Shown: positions 62,875-64,000 of the stretch, one piece after another
Layout of the letters: each line of letters starts with the position of its first letter
Numbering within the stretch: the first letter of the stretch is position 1
Source of the DNA: Chara braunii
Taxonomy: Eukaryota; Plantae; Charophyceae
DNA length: 64,000 nt
Reading direction: 5' to 3'
NCBI GenBank assembly: GCA_003427395.1
Contig: BFEA01000003.1
Location: 8,258,517-8,322,516, forward strand
Notes under the pieces: generated by a model
Told to the model about the DNA's origin: nothing
What the model saw: only the letters and a program-made list of their open reading frames with translations
Database searches by the model: none
Position numbers and translations under genes: made by a program

Positions 62875-63439
62875 GGGCCTCGCCACACCTATCTCCAAAA
62901 CAACGATTTGGAGAGAAGTGGCATCGCCACCCAACTCCCGAAAATAGCAGTCAGAAAGAATTTAGAGAGCGGTCAGAATGCGGTTCTCGGGAGTGCTCTC
63001 GAACTTTGTGGATCGCCCCGCCTGCAAAGCACAGGATTTGAGGAGTGGTCTGAGGCTCCTCCGATTTCGGCCCCAAACTGGAGAGTGCGCCTCAACCGAC
63101 AACCATCTGTTGCCACCGTTTTGTCTGGGTTCGCCACACCACTCTCGAAATGTGAAAAAAGACAAAAATGTGGCGGGTGCATCTGGCCATGTTCTAGCGG
63201 GAAGTTCATTCTCATTTTGCACATTTTTCATTCTCATTTTGCACATTTCGAGAGTGGTGTGGCGAGGCCCGTCGTCTGCGCTCTCCAAAAAATGTCGGGC
63301 CTCATTTGACGAATTGGAGACTGCCGCCTTGGAGAGCGCAGTGTGGCGACGAGCCCTCTCGAAAGGTTTTTTCACATCTCCCGCATTCGGGAGTGCTCGC
63401 GAACTTTTTTGCGTTTTCGGGATAGGTGTGGCGAGGCCC
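62875..63439. mobile_element. PIF/Harbinger-type MITE with nested MITE at 63126-63270
   Basis: Perfect 19-bp TIR GGGCCTCGCCACACCTATC, TSD CTA. Nested copy flanked by GTC. Confidence 0.88.
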
Positions 63440-63967
63440 CTAATGTGAGCACGTCACAGTTTGGGTGTATCAGCTCCGTGGCGTTTCTGTCAGAATCCAA
63501 AAGTAAAATAAGAAGAAAAAAAAAACAAAGAAATGAATCTCAAAGAAGAAAAAAAAAACGAAACATGTATTTCGCCTTGAAAGTAGTTAGATACATTTGT
63601 CTGTGTGCAAGTGTGAGTATGCCCTCAACCAGGGTTGTTCAGTAGATCACGGGATACGCCCTGCCTCGCTGCCAGGGGAATCTAAGAAAAATGGGAAAAA
63701 AAAAAAACCAGAAAAAATAGACATCCAGAATCTACCTGAAATACTAGTTAGAAGCATTCCACCAAGAACAGACATGACCACGCCCCCGCCCAAACCATTG
63801 ATCTTCTACTAAAGCTAACTCTGAGGGAGGGAACAATTCAAAAAAACATGCAGCATCTTTGAGAAATTCCCCTGGCTGAATATTAAACCACCAGTACCTA
63901 GCGGTTGTTAAGGCCCGTGGCTCAGCCTACCGGTAACCCGAGCCTTGCCTCGAGCTACCGGTAGGTG

Positions 63968-64000
<33 letters not shown>

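Overview
Eukaryotic, transposon-saturated region with no recognisable host gene, rRNA, intact tRNA or CRISPR array. The element spectrum suggests a streptophyte alga such as Chara; this is inferred from repeat content only. Main content: three decayed L1/Tx1-type LINEs; a Ty3/Gypsy element with a PHD-like finger and two extra ORFs chained to pol by ATGA overlaps; a second LTR+PBS+gag fragment; a near-complete Penelope-like element with permuted order (GIY-YIG N-terminal to RT), an upstream CCHC/SAP-like ORF and hammerhead-bearing pLTRs; a separate type III hammerhead repeat family; tRNA-derived SINEs; many nested PIF/Harbinger-type MITEs, TTAA MITEs and a CACTA/CMC-like element; a group II intron RT fragment; and an unexplained ~6 kb block (about 2.4-8.5 kb) of divergent orphan ORFs. 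Structural highlight: one LINE lies as two halves in opposite orientation that share an 18-bp TSD, indicating an inversion (or misassembly) of up to ~12 kb. Four N-gaps and a Nextera mate-pair junction adapter (57506-57538) limit confidence in local assembly. All alignments were made by eye.
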